This document shows, piece after piece, positions 25,841-38,164 of a stretch of DNA of 64,000 bases. How positions within the stretch are numbered: the first letter of the stretch is position 1; every line of letters begins with the position of its first letter. The position numbers and the translations under genes were made by a program. Where the stretch lies: positions 121,582,001-121,646,000 of the forward strand of contig OZ024740.1 in assembly GCA_964016885.1 (NCBI GenBank), read 5' to 3'. Origin of the DNA: Eledone cirrhosa. Lineage: Eukaryota. Under the pieces are notes generated by a model. The model had not been told where the DNA came from. It saw only the letters and a list, made by a program, of their open reading frames with translations, and ran no database searches.

Positions 25841-26245
25841 ATATTAAATAAATGGAAACTATACTTATAAAACCATATTTATTTTATTATATATATTTCA
25901 AAGGCAGCCAAGACAACATTGGTACGCTTTCATCAGATAAAATACAAAGTGTGTTTTATAAATAGAGACATACCCATGACAATCATACCTTATCGGTTGG
26001 AAATTCACTGGATATGTCTCTATTTATAAAACAAACTTTGTATTTTATCTGATGAAAGCGTACCAATGTTGTCATGGTTGCCCTTGAAATATATATAATA
26101 AAATAAATATTGTTTTATAAATATAGTTTCCATTTATTTAATATCATTGAATATTTACTCCAGTAAACTGTTGAGTGCTCTAACTCAGTTCTAAATACTT
26201 ATATTTCTCGGGCTTCCAACAAATTAAATACGTCTTCTACTACTT
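25836..26245. mobile_element. PLE-pLTR-like foldback (arms 25836-25975 / 26008-26149) in (TA)n
   Basis: Visible inverted repeat with a hammerhead in each arm. A related copy is at 56060-56395. Confidence 0.75.
26041..26105 (+). ncRNA. Minimal type I hammerhead ribozyme (inverted copy ~25878-25945)
   Basis: tattttat-CTGATGA-aag..ctt-GAAA-tatata-TA-ataaaata, with a perfect 8-bp stem I and palindromic stem III. Confidence 0.85.
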
Positions 26246-26261
26246 ATATATATATATATAT

Positions 26262-26542
26262 AGAAAGTAGTTAGAGGGCTGGATTACTAATCGAGAGGTT
26301 GAGAGGCAATTCCCGGAAAGGGCGATGTATTCTCTTCTTGAATAAGATACTTTATTTCACGGTGCCACTGGTGCCAATTAATATTGGCCTTTGCCGTTCC
26401 CTTGGAAACATCTGAGGCATGGATAGAGGAGACTGGCATGCATAGGCAACTGCTGCTCGTTCTTTTGTGAACACATTTGCGCGAACTTGTGTTTGTGGGT
26501 GAGGGGGATTATGCAGGTGCACATTTCATGGCCATTCGTGAA
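26262..26542 (+). mobile_element. Degraded tRNA-derived SINE (third family)
   Basis: tRNA-like head (tagttagagggctggattactaatcgagaggtt..attcccgg) followed by a GC-richer body. Confidence 0.45.
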
Positions 26543-26805
26543 TAAAGTGGATCTTTACCCTTTACATATATATATATATCAATAAAGAAAAAGCGAGTGA
26601 GCATGAGAGATATATAGAGATAGATAGTGATAGATAGGTAGAGAGAGAGAGATAAAGAGAGAGAGGGGGAGGGAGGGAGAGAGAGAGAGATGGTTTGCGG
26701 TGCTGAGACCGGGGAAAACCACTATTCGTGGATGTACTCCATGCATGGAGAGGTCTAGAGTGAGGACAGGTAAAATTTCCGTCCATGCATATATATGTGT
26801 GCATA

Positions 26806-26855
<50 letters not shown>

Positions 26856-26862
26856 CGAATAT

Positions 26863-27087
26863 ATAATCGAATATATCCACATAAAATTGTTATGATGAAT
26901 ACATATTCGCATTGCTAAATGTGGCGAAGGCTTTGCTAAATAGAATATGATTTAACAAACGGTCATCCACACTCTAGTATAGTACTTGCGTATGAGTATG
27001 GTCTCTATATGTATACAGCATATAGTTATAGTAGCACACACATACACACATGCATATTTAAATATATACATGTATGCATATATATTT

Positions 27088-27136
<49 letters not shown>

Positions 27137-27143
27137 CAACACT

Positions 27144-27189
<46 letters not shown>

Positions 27190-27199
27190 ACACTCACAA

Positions 27200-27256
<57 letters not shown>

Positions 27257-27261
27257 CGTGT

Positions 27262-27300
<39 letters not shown>

Positions 27301-27527
27301 ATAAATATATATGCATACAGGTATATATTTAAATATGCATGTGTGTATGTGTGTGCTACTATAACTATATGTTGTATACATATAGAGACCATACTCACAC
27401 GCAAGTACTATACTAGAGTGTGAATGACCTTTTGTTAAATCATATTCTATTTAGCAAAGCCTTCACCACATTTAGCAATGCGAATATGTATTCATCATAA
27501 CAATTTTATGTGGCTATATTCGATTAT
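26863..27527. repeat. Long near-perfect inverted repeat centred on TA/CA microsatellites
   Basis: 26863-27090 is the reverse complement of about 27295-27527. Confidence 0.9.
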
Positions 27528-27720
27528 TATGTTTATCCAAATGTACACTAAAGATGCGGTTGTTATGAAATGGCAGTTTTACATGATGTTCGTATATTAG
27601 GTTTTGTATTTTTTCATGTCACTTTTCGTAAAAAACATTACAGATATATTACTACACTTTACACAATGGTTTTACTTATTTCCAGAACAAAACTGGTTTT
27701 GCTTAACTAGAGGTGATATT

Positions 27721-27779
<59 letters not shown>

Positions 27780-28146
27780 GGTTGTTTACCGACACCTCAC
27801 TATGCAGATTGGAGCAGCGACGAAGTACACAGGTTGGTTTGCTTACTCCGGATAATGTAAAATACGTAGGTCAAACATGTAAAATTTGGCTTCGTTTATT
27901 AGAAATTCTCTGCTATATATATTTCGGTGACAGCTATTATTGGCTGTGACCTCTTTAGGCAGTACGAATTAATGTGGAAAAGAGAGGTTAACATGTTGTT
28001 GAAATGTATTCCACCCCATCGATATGTCCAGCACCTGGGTGTGTTGTTAGTCCTCTGAGGAACTGGAATCATATATATATATATATATATAGGAACGAGT
28101 AGGACGCCGACGGCTGAGCTCAAGCCGTTTCGACGGCTAATTCTGG

Positions 28147-28214
28147 ACCGTATTACTTTAGAAATACGCAATTTCTATACATATTTGTATAAAGCTATGC
28201 TTGAAGCGAAATCT

Positions 28215-28250
<36 letters not shown>

Positions 28251-28648
28251 AGATTTCGCTTCAAGCATAGCTTTATGGAAATATGTATAGAAATTGCGTA
28301 TTTCTAAAGTAATACGGTTTTAGGAAGCCGTAGATATGCAAGCACCTGGTCTTAGGCCCTCTTGTGGTGTCCTGCAGAAGCACGGGGGACAACCGTCTAT
28401 TCATTTCAGGTTGACTGGCGTTCGTCAGGACGGTCCCTCCCACCGATTGCAACTGCAGGACTTGAAAACGGCCGAGAAAACTATATATTCTCGACTGTTT
28501 TCAAGTCCAGTATCTGCAAGCTGTGGACGGAACCGTCCTGACGAAGGCCAGTCAAGCCTGAAATGCATAGACAGTTGTCCCCCTGCTTCTGATGGACACC
28601 ACCAGAGGGCGTTAGCCCCGGTGTTTGCATAGCTACAGCTTCCTAAAA
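28147..28648. mobile_element. Nested foldbacks (28147-28218/28246-28318 and 28318-28480/28487-28648), hammerhead-bearing element
   Basis: Visible inverted repeats with an HHR in both arms of the second foldback. Confidence 0.75.
28531..28576 (+). ncRNA. Minimal type I hammerhead ribozyme (inverted copy 28392-28434)
   Basis: aaccgtc-CTGACGA-aggc cagtcaa gcct-GAAA-tgca-TA-gacagtt. The minus-strand copy has a perfect accgtc/gacggt stem I. Confidence 0.85.
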
Positions 28649-28662
28649 TCTACACACACACA

Positions 28663-28802
<140 letters not shown>

Positions 28803-28901
28803 ATAAATCTGAATGGAATCTGTTTGGAACTGGTTAGACTATTATTCAACAGAGTGCTGGATACTTGCCGTAGTAGAGAATCGTTACATTATATATATAT
28901 A

Positions 28902-29085
28902 AGGCGGTGGATTGGCAGTATCGGTAGAGGGTCGGACGCCATGCTTTCCAGCATAGTTACGTCCCTTTACGATCTGAGTTCAAATCCCGCCGAGGTTGAC
29001 TTTGCCTTTCATCCTTACGGGGTCGATAAAATATAGTACCAGTAATGCACTGGGTTATTGCTGGCCTTGTGCCAAAAGTAGAAAC

Positions 29086-29090
<5 letters not shown>
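28902..29090 (+). mobile_element. SINE family 1, full-length
   Basis: ggcggtggattggcagtatcggtagag head, B box and conserved core. Confidence 0.85.
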
Positions 29091-29123
<33 letters not shown>

Positions 29124-29263
29124 GTTAAAATACTGGAGCGTGTTGGTGTTAAACACCCTCTTCGTATTATAGAAATGACAGTAAAAGGTATAGCTCAATG
29201 TAATTAAACAGAGCCGAAGAATTATGAAAGTAAAACAAAGAAGCCTTCAATATATCAAAAGTC

Positions 29264-29316
29264 TTTATTAGCCAACAATGTTTCGTCCTATTAGGGACTG
29301 ATCAGTGCAATTAAAA
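29264..29316 (-). ncRNA. Degenerate hammerhead (C8 mismatch)
   Basis: Reverse complement reads CTGATCA-gtcc ctaata ggac-GAAA-cattg-TT-ggctaataaa. The 3' half resembles 49818-49839. Confidence 0.55.
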
Positions 29317-31154
29317 CAACAAGAAGTATTATCGGCTAATACAAGCCAGAAACTCAGAAGAATATGGTGTGTACATACACTAAAGTATTGCAAGATTATG
29401 GGTAAAAATATATAATAAAAATCACTAAGGAGGTGTATAACATTTAGAACCATATTACAAATATAGTCAAAAGCAAAAAAGGCCTAGAGCTAAACAAAGG
29501 TGGTTATATAGAGCAGGAATTATATATAATACAATATAATATAATATAATATACTTTTACCAATATTAAAGTTACAATAAAAATCAAAAGGTACAATATA
29601 CATATGTATATATGTACGCACACGTATGCACACATACACATACATCAATACACATATCCATCTTCAACAACACAAATTAAACCTTATTAAGAGTTTAAAT
29701 GTAAATAAGCATGATAGGTATAAAAATAATAATAATAATAAAAATACATATACCCAATATACATGAGGTAATAATATGATATTATTATAAGTAGCACATA
29801 TAATATATAATAAAGTATACAATTATATACTATATAATATAATATAATAGAATAGATAATCTCCGGTTAATTTACACAAACAATATAGATGTCACAATAA
29901 TACTATAATAATAATATAATAACATATATAATATACAATATATAATGGCATTCAGGTTAACAAATCAATTCATATAGAGTTACAGAGTAGGTGAGGAAAA
30001 ACAATACCCAAAATTATGATGGTACAAAAATTATGATGGTACAAAAATACAAACATCGTGCATGATATATAAAGTTTAACATATCACAATGTTACATATA
30101 ATCAACGGTAAGTCATAAGGATCGATAGTACAATAACAAAATACAATGTAAAATATAATTAACATAATATAATATATAATTACTTATAATTACAAGGTTG
30201 GTAAACAGACATATATGTGGATGAGTGAGTAAGGGCCAGACAGTAAATAGAATGCACAGTAGTATTACAAATAAAATAAAATAAATAAATAGAATCAACC
30301 GGAAATTAAAAAAACAAAAATAAAAGTATACATTTAGGTCTCACATGCCGTTAAGTAAAAACTTAGGAAATAACCCCGTTAAATGACTCGAAAACCCTAT
30401 TTGATAAATTAATATTAGAAATATTTAAAATATCCAATAAGGCAATACAATATTAGCTATGGTTTAAGTAATCATAGTTTATAAACGTTAATATTTCAAT
30501 ACAAATATTTACAAAAAGGAATGAAATTTTCTACTATCATATACATAACGATATCTAAAAAACTGACTTAAGCAGAATTATGGTAGGCTAATAGGGACAG
30601 AAATAAAGAAATATATGGAGGATACAAAGGGGCATAAAATCATAGTCAATATACTATATTAAATAAAGGAGCGTAAAAGAGGGGGAGATTAAATATCATC
30701 ATAATCTATTTGGAGGGGTTGGCAACAAGTTTATGTGCGCATGGGGGTGGGGGGGGGTATCCCAAAAAGAATCCAAATAAAAATAAAATAAAATAAAATA
30801 AAATGAAATAAAATAAAATAATGTAAAATATATAATCAGATATATACTCATAAGGAGTTAATAGTGAACATTTAATGCGTAAGAAGATAGATATAGTATA
30901 GTAGCCAAAAGATTATGAGAGCTAGAATAAAGAGTTGTCAGAAACCAATGATTATAATGATGATAATAATGGTGGTAAACAAAGAACAAAAAGAACCTAA
31001 AGTAAAAAATAAGTAATGGAATATATCAGCTAATGGATACAATTTATACTACTAGAACCTTTAGGTTTATAATAAAAGTAAGAATAAATATATATATATA
31101 TATATATATAAGAATAAATATAAGAATAAATATATATATATATATATATATATT

Positions 31155-32080
31155 TAGAAACACACAGATACATGCGGACACACACATATATACATGAATG
31201 CATCCGCACCCAACTGTGAGTTAAGGGTGCCAACTTCACCGATGTTGCTCAATGAATGACTGGGACAGACCAATTCAGTTGAACTAGACTGAACCAGTAT
31301 CAGAGTGAGACTAGTAAAATGAGGTATCCTCTTGATAAGTCGGCAGACCTCGCAAGGACCCTATATCTTTATGATATATTGTTTTTGTTTATGCCACGAA
31401 ACTACGTAGTCGAGGAATTTAGGAGCAGTTTAGGTATCATACATTTTATTACTAATTATATCTAAATGTTTCTTCTCTCTTCATAATGTATTTTTAACTC
31501 TGATACTGGTTCAGTCTAGTTCAACTGAATTGGTCTGTCCCAGTCATTCATTGAGCAACATCGGTGAAGTTGGCACCCTTAACTCACAGTTGGGTGCGGA
31601 TGCATTCATGTATATATGTGTGTGTCCGCATGTATCTGTGTGTTTCTAAATATATTGTTAATAACTCCCTCTGGTCGAGCAATCTTTGAAGTGTGGGGAC
31701 AGCTGGAAAGCTTCCATTACTCATACTTCTCGCCTTCTTCACCACCTCTTCTACGGCCTCGATATAAATACCCCCTCCGCCTCCGTGGTATTTTCTTCGG
31801 GGTTATAAGAGGCTTAGCTCTGTTTCTCGACCGTTATATCGCGTGACTATCTCCCCCTCCGCCTTTTGGGATTCTTTCTCACGTCGTGTAGACGCGTTCT
31901 TGAGACTAGTAAAATGAGGTATCCTCTTGATAAGTCGGCAGACCTCGCAAGGACCCTATATCTTTATGATATATTGTTTTTGTTTATGCCACGAAACTAC
32001 GTAGTCGAGGAATTTAGGAGCAGTTTAGGTATGATACATTTTATTACTAATTATATCTAAATGTTTCTTCTCTCTTCATA

Positions 32081-32085
<5 letters not shown>
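31155..32085 (+). mobile_element. Hammerhead element: inverted leader + 595-bp monomer + partial second copy, flanked by (TA)n
   Basis: 31155-31305 is inverted relative to 31497-31650. 31306-31490 is repeated directly at 31901-32085. Confidence 0.8.
31327..31416 (+). ncRNA. Type I hammerhead, U3-A8 core variant (second copy 31922-32011)
   Basis: tcctc-TTGATAA-gt(c)ggca..tgccac-GAAA-ctacgtag-TC-gagga. Confidence 0.8.
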
Positions 32086-32119
<34 letters not shown>

Positions 32120-32945
32120 AATAATAATAAATTTGAAGACTAAAATCCAAGAGTGCTGGATAAAGATAAATATATATCGAATATATAAGAACCGTAGAGC
32201 AAATATTTATTAAAATAACAGATTAATGTTTAAGCAAAGAATCGCTGCTTTCACCCTTAATGGGATCTTCTGAAACTAGAGAAATCAATCTGTGAACGCA
32301 GAAGTAAATATTTCGAAAAACGTTGCAGCCGAAGGAAGACAAGAAGACAATACTTTGGTTCGTGGAAACGGTCCCTGGTAAAGAACGGAAAAAGCGAAGA
32401 TAATACGTCATTATTTGGAGTGGTGAAAACAATTACACGCAAAGACAAAACCACGTTTATGGTATTATTATGGTATAATTATGGGTCTGCTAATTTGCAG
32501 ATCTGGATGATCAGGCAGTCTGCTAATATGCACATCAGGTCACTCTATCACTGTATATTCCAGAAAATATCATGTTTTCACTTGCTCTCTCAGTTGGCAT
32601 GTAAACAATAGAAGGTACAAATGAGGGGTAATAACCCAGAAACATTAGTGCTTGCTCTTCTGTTTATATGGCAACACAGGAGCAATAATGGCGGTGTCAT
32701 TGTACTGACAAGGCTAAGAGGCTGTTTGCCTAATTATAGTATTAATATTCGAAAAACCTATATTCATTAAATGCATACATTTTTTTATTTCGTGCGTCTC
32801 TCCTTTGTTCTATCCTACACCATATTTGACAATATATAAACAATCTTCAGGTTATCGAACCAACTGACCAGAAATTTATAATAAATTGAATAGAAAACCA
32901 ACAGGTTAGTTAGTTTTTATTGGCAAAATGACCCTCCTGAAGTAT

Positions 32946-33009
<64 letters not shown>

Positions 33010-33015
<6 letters not shown>

Positions 33016-33601
33016 GACGTAAAATAAGAAAATATATTTTTTTTTAAATTTTTAAAAAATTTTTTACTTACTTAAATTTTCACTCCAACTAATTAGTTTC
33101 TGCAATGGGATAAAGACAGTTACGTAATCCAACTGTCGAGAATTCATTGCGTCATCAGGGAGTCTATTCTCAGTTAAGTCTCCAGGCAATGCGCGGACAC
33201 TGGCGGCTCATATAAAAATAATAATAATTCGGTAGATCGAACAGCTTGCGAGGACTGGATTCTATGTGCCGAAATTCTCACTGCTTCAAGTCAAATGGCC
33301 GATTCTAAAGAATCAATCACGTGACACAGAGGCTAGTTAGAAGGAATGGGATGGTAAGATGACTGACGCCTACTAACACCCCAAAAAAAATTTTTTTAGA
33401 AGTGGTTTTGACAAGTTTGCTCGACAAATCAGTGATTTGGAGATAAATATAGATAATTTAATATATCAACTAACATAAGCGCACAGATGCACGCCCATGC
33501 CAGCAAATACACAGGTTATGTCATAGTACCTAGGTGGTTCAATGCAGGAGAATGCAGAACAATAATATAAAGGACGTAAAATAAGAAAATATTTTTTTAA
33601 A

Positions 33602-33605
<4 letters not shown>
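33010..33605 (-). mobile_element. Hammerhead element, 557-bp monomer with short terminal direct repeat, in (TA)n
   Basis: aaaggacgtaaaataagaaaatat occurs at 33012 and 33569, with (TA)n on both sides. Confidence 0.7.
33082..33163 (-). ncRNA. Type I hammerhead ribozyme with extended stem II
   Basis: Reverse complement reads actcc-CTGATGA-c gcaatg..gacagtt..aactgtc..cattgc a-GAAA-ctaattag-TT-ggagt. Confidence 0.8.
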
Positions 33606-33634
<29 letters not shown>

Positions 33635-33638
<4 letters not shown>

Positions 33639-33735
33639 AGTAAGTAAGACCCCGACGGCTGAGCTCAAGCCGTTTCGACGGCTAATTCCGTCGAAACGGC
33701 TTGAGCTCAGCCGTCGGGGTCTTACTTACGCCTAT
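33635..33735. repeat. Perfect ~90-bp palindrome made of two 3'-half hammerheads (related sequence at 28095-28143)
   Basis: ccgtc-GAAA-cggct tgagctc agccg-TC-ggggtc on both strands around a ctaatt loop. Confidence 0.7.
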
Positions 33736-33811
33736 TACCCACTCTACTACCCTAAGTATTGAGTACTTTGGTGCGTTATGGTCCACCTAGTTCCTTACCA
33801 CTTTTCCTCCG

Positions 33812-33849
<38 letters not shown>

Positions 33850-34705
33850 ATACTTGGGGCGGGTCATATTGTTGTAATACTATTGACAGAAATAATAACA
33901 GAACACACTCACTGTTTGGTTGGTTTTCGCTTCTGTATCTTATATATCTCCACAGTTAATTTATTTGGTCTTCAATGTTTATCATTGATTGAACAACTCA
34001 CACAAATACAGATATAATATAGATATAAACACATATATATAGTCTACCAAATTCTTTCATTGAACATCTGCAACATCATCAGTGGTACTATTATGTTCCT
34101 CCTGTTGTATTGTATTTGTACGCCATTTTTATTTTATTCGTTTATTTATTTTTTGTCCTTTTCTCTGCGCATCTGTTTGCGTGTGTGTATAGTGTTTGGT
34201 GTGTGTTCCGGTTTGGGTGACTGCGTTTTAGTTATTGTATTCTATCTTAGTTTACTAGTGTGTGTTTATATGTGTTTGTTGTTATTATGCTTGTGTATAC
34301 ATTTATTTATTTATTTATTTATTCAGTTATATTTCTCTTAAGTCAGAATCATTTGTTTGGGTGTTATCGTTATTCCATTCATTTTTTTCTGTCTAGCTTT
34401 GTCCTTCTACGCTCTCTTTCGCTTGCTTCTCTGATTTGCCTATTGCTTGGTCATTTCTATGTTTAGATATTATTTTAATTTCTACGTTGTGTATGTTACC
34501 GTCATGTTGTTGTCTGGCGTGTTCGTATAATACTGAGCCGTTTTTTCGTCCTTTTAATATATATGTATATATATATTTCTTAAATTAACAGATTAAAGTT
34601 TAAGGGTGAACACAGCGATTCTTTGCTTAAACTTTAATCTGTTATTTTAATAAATATTTGATATAAATTTATCCTTAACGAGCCCTCTTTGGATTTCAGT
34701 CTTAT

Positions 34706-34815
<110 letters not shown>

Positions 34816-34826
34816 ATATATATATA

Positions 34827-37800
34827 CTTAGGGTAAACATTGATCCAATTCAATTCAAGCACTCAACGTACTTATTCCACATAGAAGTGGCGGAGTAATT
34901 ATCGAATAAGGAAAAATGAAGTAGTTTCAGATGTCCAAGTCTTTTAATAATAATGCTGTGATATATATTTCAATGGCGAAAGTGGCCACACTGTTCGGTG
35001 CGCCAGTTTCGCGACATCGTCAGACAGCTTGTTACATAATAAGGTTATGTTTCCTAGGCAATCCAAATTGAATCGACATGGGAACGGACGAAGTATGTGC
35101 TTTTGGGTTCTTCATCCGTTCCCCCGTGAGTACCAATTCACCTCGACTGGTCTGCGCAAGCGCAGGTCCAGGGGCAAGTTGACCATTAGCTACCACAGAT
35201 TTCAACGAAATTCGCTTAGTCAGTTCCCCCTCTCAGCCAAACAATGACCCATTCAAGCCTGCACCATAGTTTACTGCTACCCATCCCTTCTGTGGCAGTC
35301 AGCCGAAGGCCAGTGGAGATAGGAGAGTTTTAGTATTTACAGCTCTCTTTACTACCTCTCACTAAGCATGGACAGTATAACTGACCATCAACCCCTAAGA
35401 GAATATATTAAATTATATGCATCATGGTTTCATATTGGAAGTTATAAGTGAAATTAGAACTAAACTTATAATTTGAAATCGAAAATCCTAAATCAAGTAT
35501 CAGAAATTAAAAATTAAAAAATTAACAATTAGAAATTAAACAATTAAAAATGTTTCAAGTGAGAATCCGGATTGAGGTGAGTAAAAAAAAATATAGATTT
35601 AAGTGAATAAATAATATGCAGAGAGACGTTTATGTAAGAAGTTCTGAAAGGTGTCCTAATGTTACAGTTACACTATCTACATACTGAACGATGGTACCGT
35701 ACAGTAGAACTGAGGGTAAATTACAGTATTACGGGTAGTAGTCAATCGGGTACATAGTCGTAATTTCCATCACATGGAACAAAACCAATAAAAACATATA
35801 TAAAGTACACAAAAGAAAAGAACCAATGAATGAATAAATGAATGAATGAATGAATGAATGAATGAATGAATGAATGAATGAATGAATGAATGCAAAAACA
35901 CATAGAGTACATATATGCAAAATCATCCATATTATTGTCAATTTGTTCATGGATAGATTGAATTAAGGAGGCTTCAGTTCAAATGGGATTTGGTGCAGAA
36001 AAATAGGGGTTTATCTTTGTTTTTGTTTCCGTGTATTTATCCTGCCGAAAGTTATTATTATGTCCGCCCGGTGTCAGGGGTTTCCATCCCATGGTAGAGG
36101 GAATTTCCAGGTGTAGCTCGTGGTTGGTTCGCCTCCTCTCCACCATATCGGTTACATAACATAGCGCTCAACTAATTGGATCTAAATTCTTAGGGTAAAG
36201 TTTTATGCAATTCAATTCAAGCACTCAACGTACTTATTCCACATAGGAGTGACGGAGTAATTATCGAATAAGGAAAAACGAAGTAGTTTTTTAGATGTTC
36301 AAGTATTTTAATAATAATGCTGTGATATATATTTCAATGGCGAAAGTGGCCACACTGTTCTGTGCACCAGTTTCGCGACATCGTCAGACATCTTGTTACA
36401 AAATAAGGTTATGTTTCCGAGCCAATCCAAATTGAATCGACATGGGAACGGACGAAGTATGTGCTTTTGGGTTCTTCATCCGTTCCCCTCTGAGTACCAA
36501 TTCACCCCCACTGGTCTGCGCAAGCGCAGGTCTAGGGGCAAGTTGACCATTAGCTACCACAGATTTCAACGAAATTCGCTTAGTCAGTTCCCCCTCTCAA
36601 ACAAGCAATGACCCATTCAAGCCTGCACCATAGTTTACTGCTACCCATCCCTTCTGTGGCAGTCAGCCGAAGGCCAGTGGAGATGGGATAGTCTTAGTAT
36701 TTACAGCTCTCTTTACTACCTCTCACTAAGCATGGACAGTATAACTGACCATCAACCCCTAAGAGAATGTATTTAATTTGATGTATCATGGTTTCATATT
36801 GGAAGTTATAAGTGAAATTAGAACTAAAATTATAATTTGAAATCGAAAATCCTAAATCAATTATCAGAAATTAGAAATGTATATATATATATATAGAATA
36901 TGGATCATCATATTGATCATCTTGCACATATGTACTCTATGTGTTTTTCTTTTGTGTACTTTATATCTGTTTTATTTTTGTTTTGTTCCATGTGATGGAC
37001 ATTATGACTATGTACCCGGTTGACTGCTACCTTTCATACTGTAATTTACCCTCCGTTCTACTGTACGGTGCTATCGTTCAGTATGTAGATAATATAACTA
37101 TAACATTAGGACCCCTTTCAGAACTTCTTACTTAAACATCTCTCTGTATATTGTTTACTCACTTCAATCTATATTTTTTTTTACTCACCTCAATCCGGAT
37201 TCTCACTTGAAACATTTTTTAATTTCTAATTGTTAATTTTTTAATTTCTGATATTTGATATAGGATTTTCGATTTAGAATTTTAATTTTTAGACATAATT
37301 TCCAACTCTCACTCATAACATCCAATGTGAAACCATGATACCTAGAATTAAGTATATGTTCTCTTGGAGGTTGATGGTCAATTATACTGTCCATGCTTGG
37401 TGAGACGTAGTATTGGGACATGTAAATACTAACACTCTCCCATCCCCACTGGCTTACGGCTGACTGCCACAGACGGGATGGTAGCAGTAAACTATGGTAC
37501 AGCCCTGAATGGGTCATTGTTTGGCTGAGAGGGAGAACTGCCTAAGCGAATTACATTGAAATCTGCGGTAGCTAATGGCCAAATTCCTTCAAAACTGCGC
37601 CTGCGCAGACCGGTAGGGGTGAATTGGTAGTCACATGGGAACGGAGGAATATCCCAAAAGCACACACTTCGTCCGTTCCCATGTCGATTCAATTTGGATT
37701 GCCTCGGAAACATAACCTTATTATGTAACAAGCTATCTGACGATGTCGCGACACTGGCGCACAGAACAGTGTGGCCACTGTTGCTATTTGAAATATATAT

Positions 37801-38124
37801 CACAGCATTATTATTAAGTGGATTGGCAGTATCGGTAGAGGGTCGGACGCCATGCTCTCCAGCATAGTTACGTCCCATTACTATCTGAGTTCAAATCCCG
37901 CCGAGGTAGACTTTGCCATTCATCGTTACGGGGTCGATAAAATAAAGTACCAGTAATGCACTGGGTAATTGCTGACCTTGGGCCTAACGTAGAAACAATT
38001 ATTATTAAAAGATTTGAACATCTGAAACTACTTCGCTTTTCCTTATTCGATATTTACTCCGTCAATCCTATTAAGAATAAGGACGTTGAGTGCTTGAATT
38101 GAATTGCATCAATATTTACCCTAA

Positions 38125-38125
<1 letters not shown>
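34827..38125. mobile_element. PLE-like non-coding repeat: two direct copies (34827-35935, 36189-36878) and one inverted copy (36915-38125)
   Basis: Shared cttagggtaaa terminus, duplicated sequence (seen in the matching spurious ORFs at 35029, 36393, 37492) and (TA)n at the ends. Confidence 0.75.
37818..37997 (+). mobile_element. SINE family 1 with 11-bp TSD
   Basis: ATTATTATTAA at 37807 and 37998. Absent from the two sister copies of the host repeat. Confidence 0.85.

Positions 38126-38164
<39 letters not shown>

Noticed and set aside
28902-28990. tRNA gene
   Set aside because: Only A/B-box-like remnants of a SINE head are present, with no cloverleaf.
32320-32380. Hammerhead in the 24.9/25.6/32.3/34.6 kb repeat family (CCGAAGG...GAAACGGTC)
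   Set aside because: The core has two or more mismatches and stems I and II do not pair convincingly.
35029-37878. Three similar 72-128 aa ORFs suggesting a small gene family
   Set aside because: They are copies of one repeat in direct and inverted orientation, with alternative starts, no domain and no consistent frame conservation.
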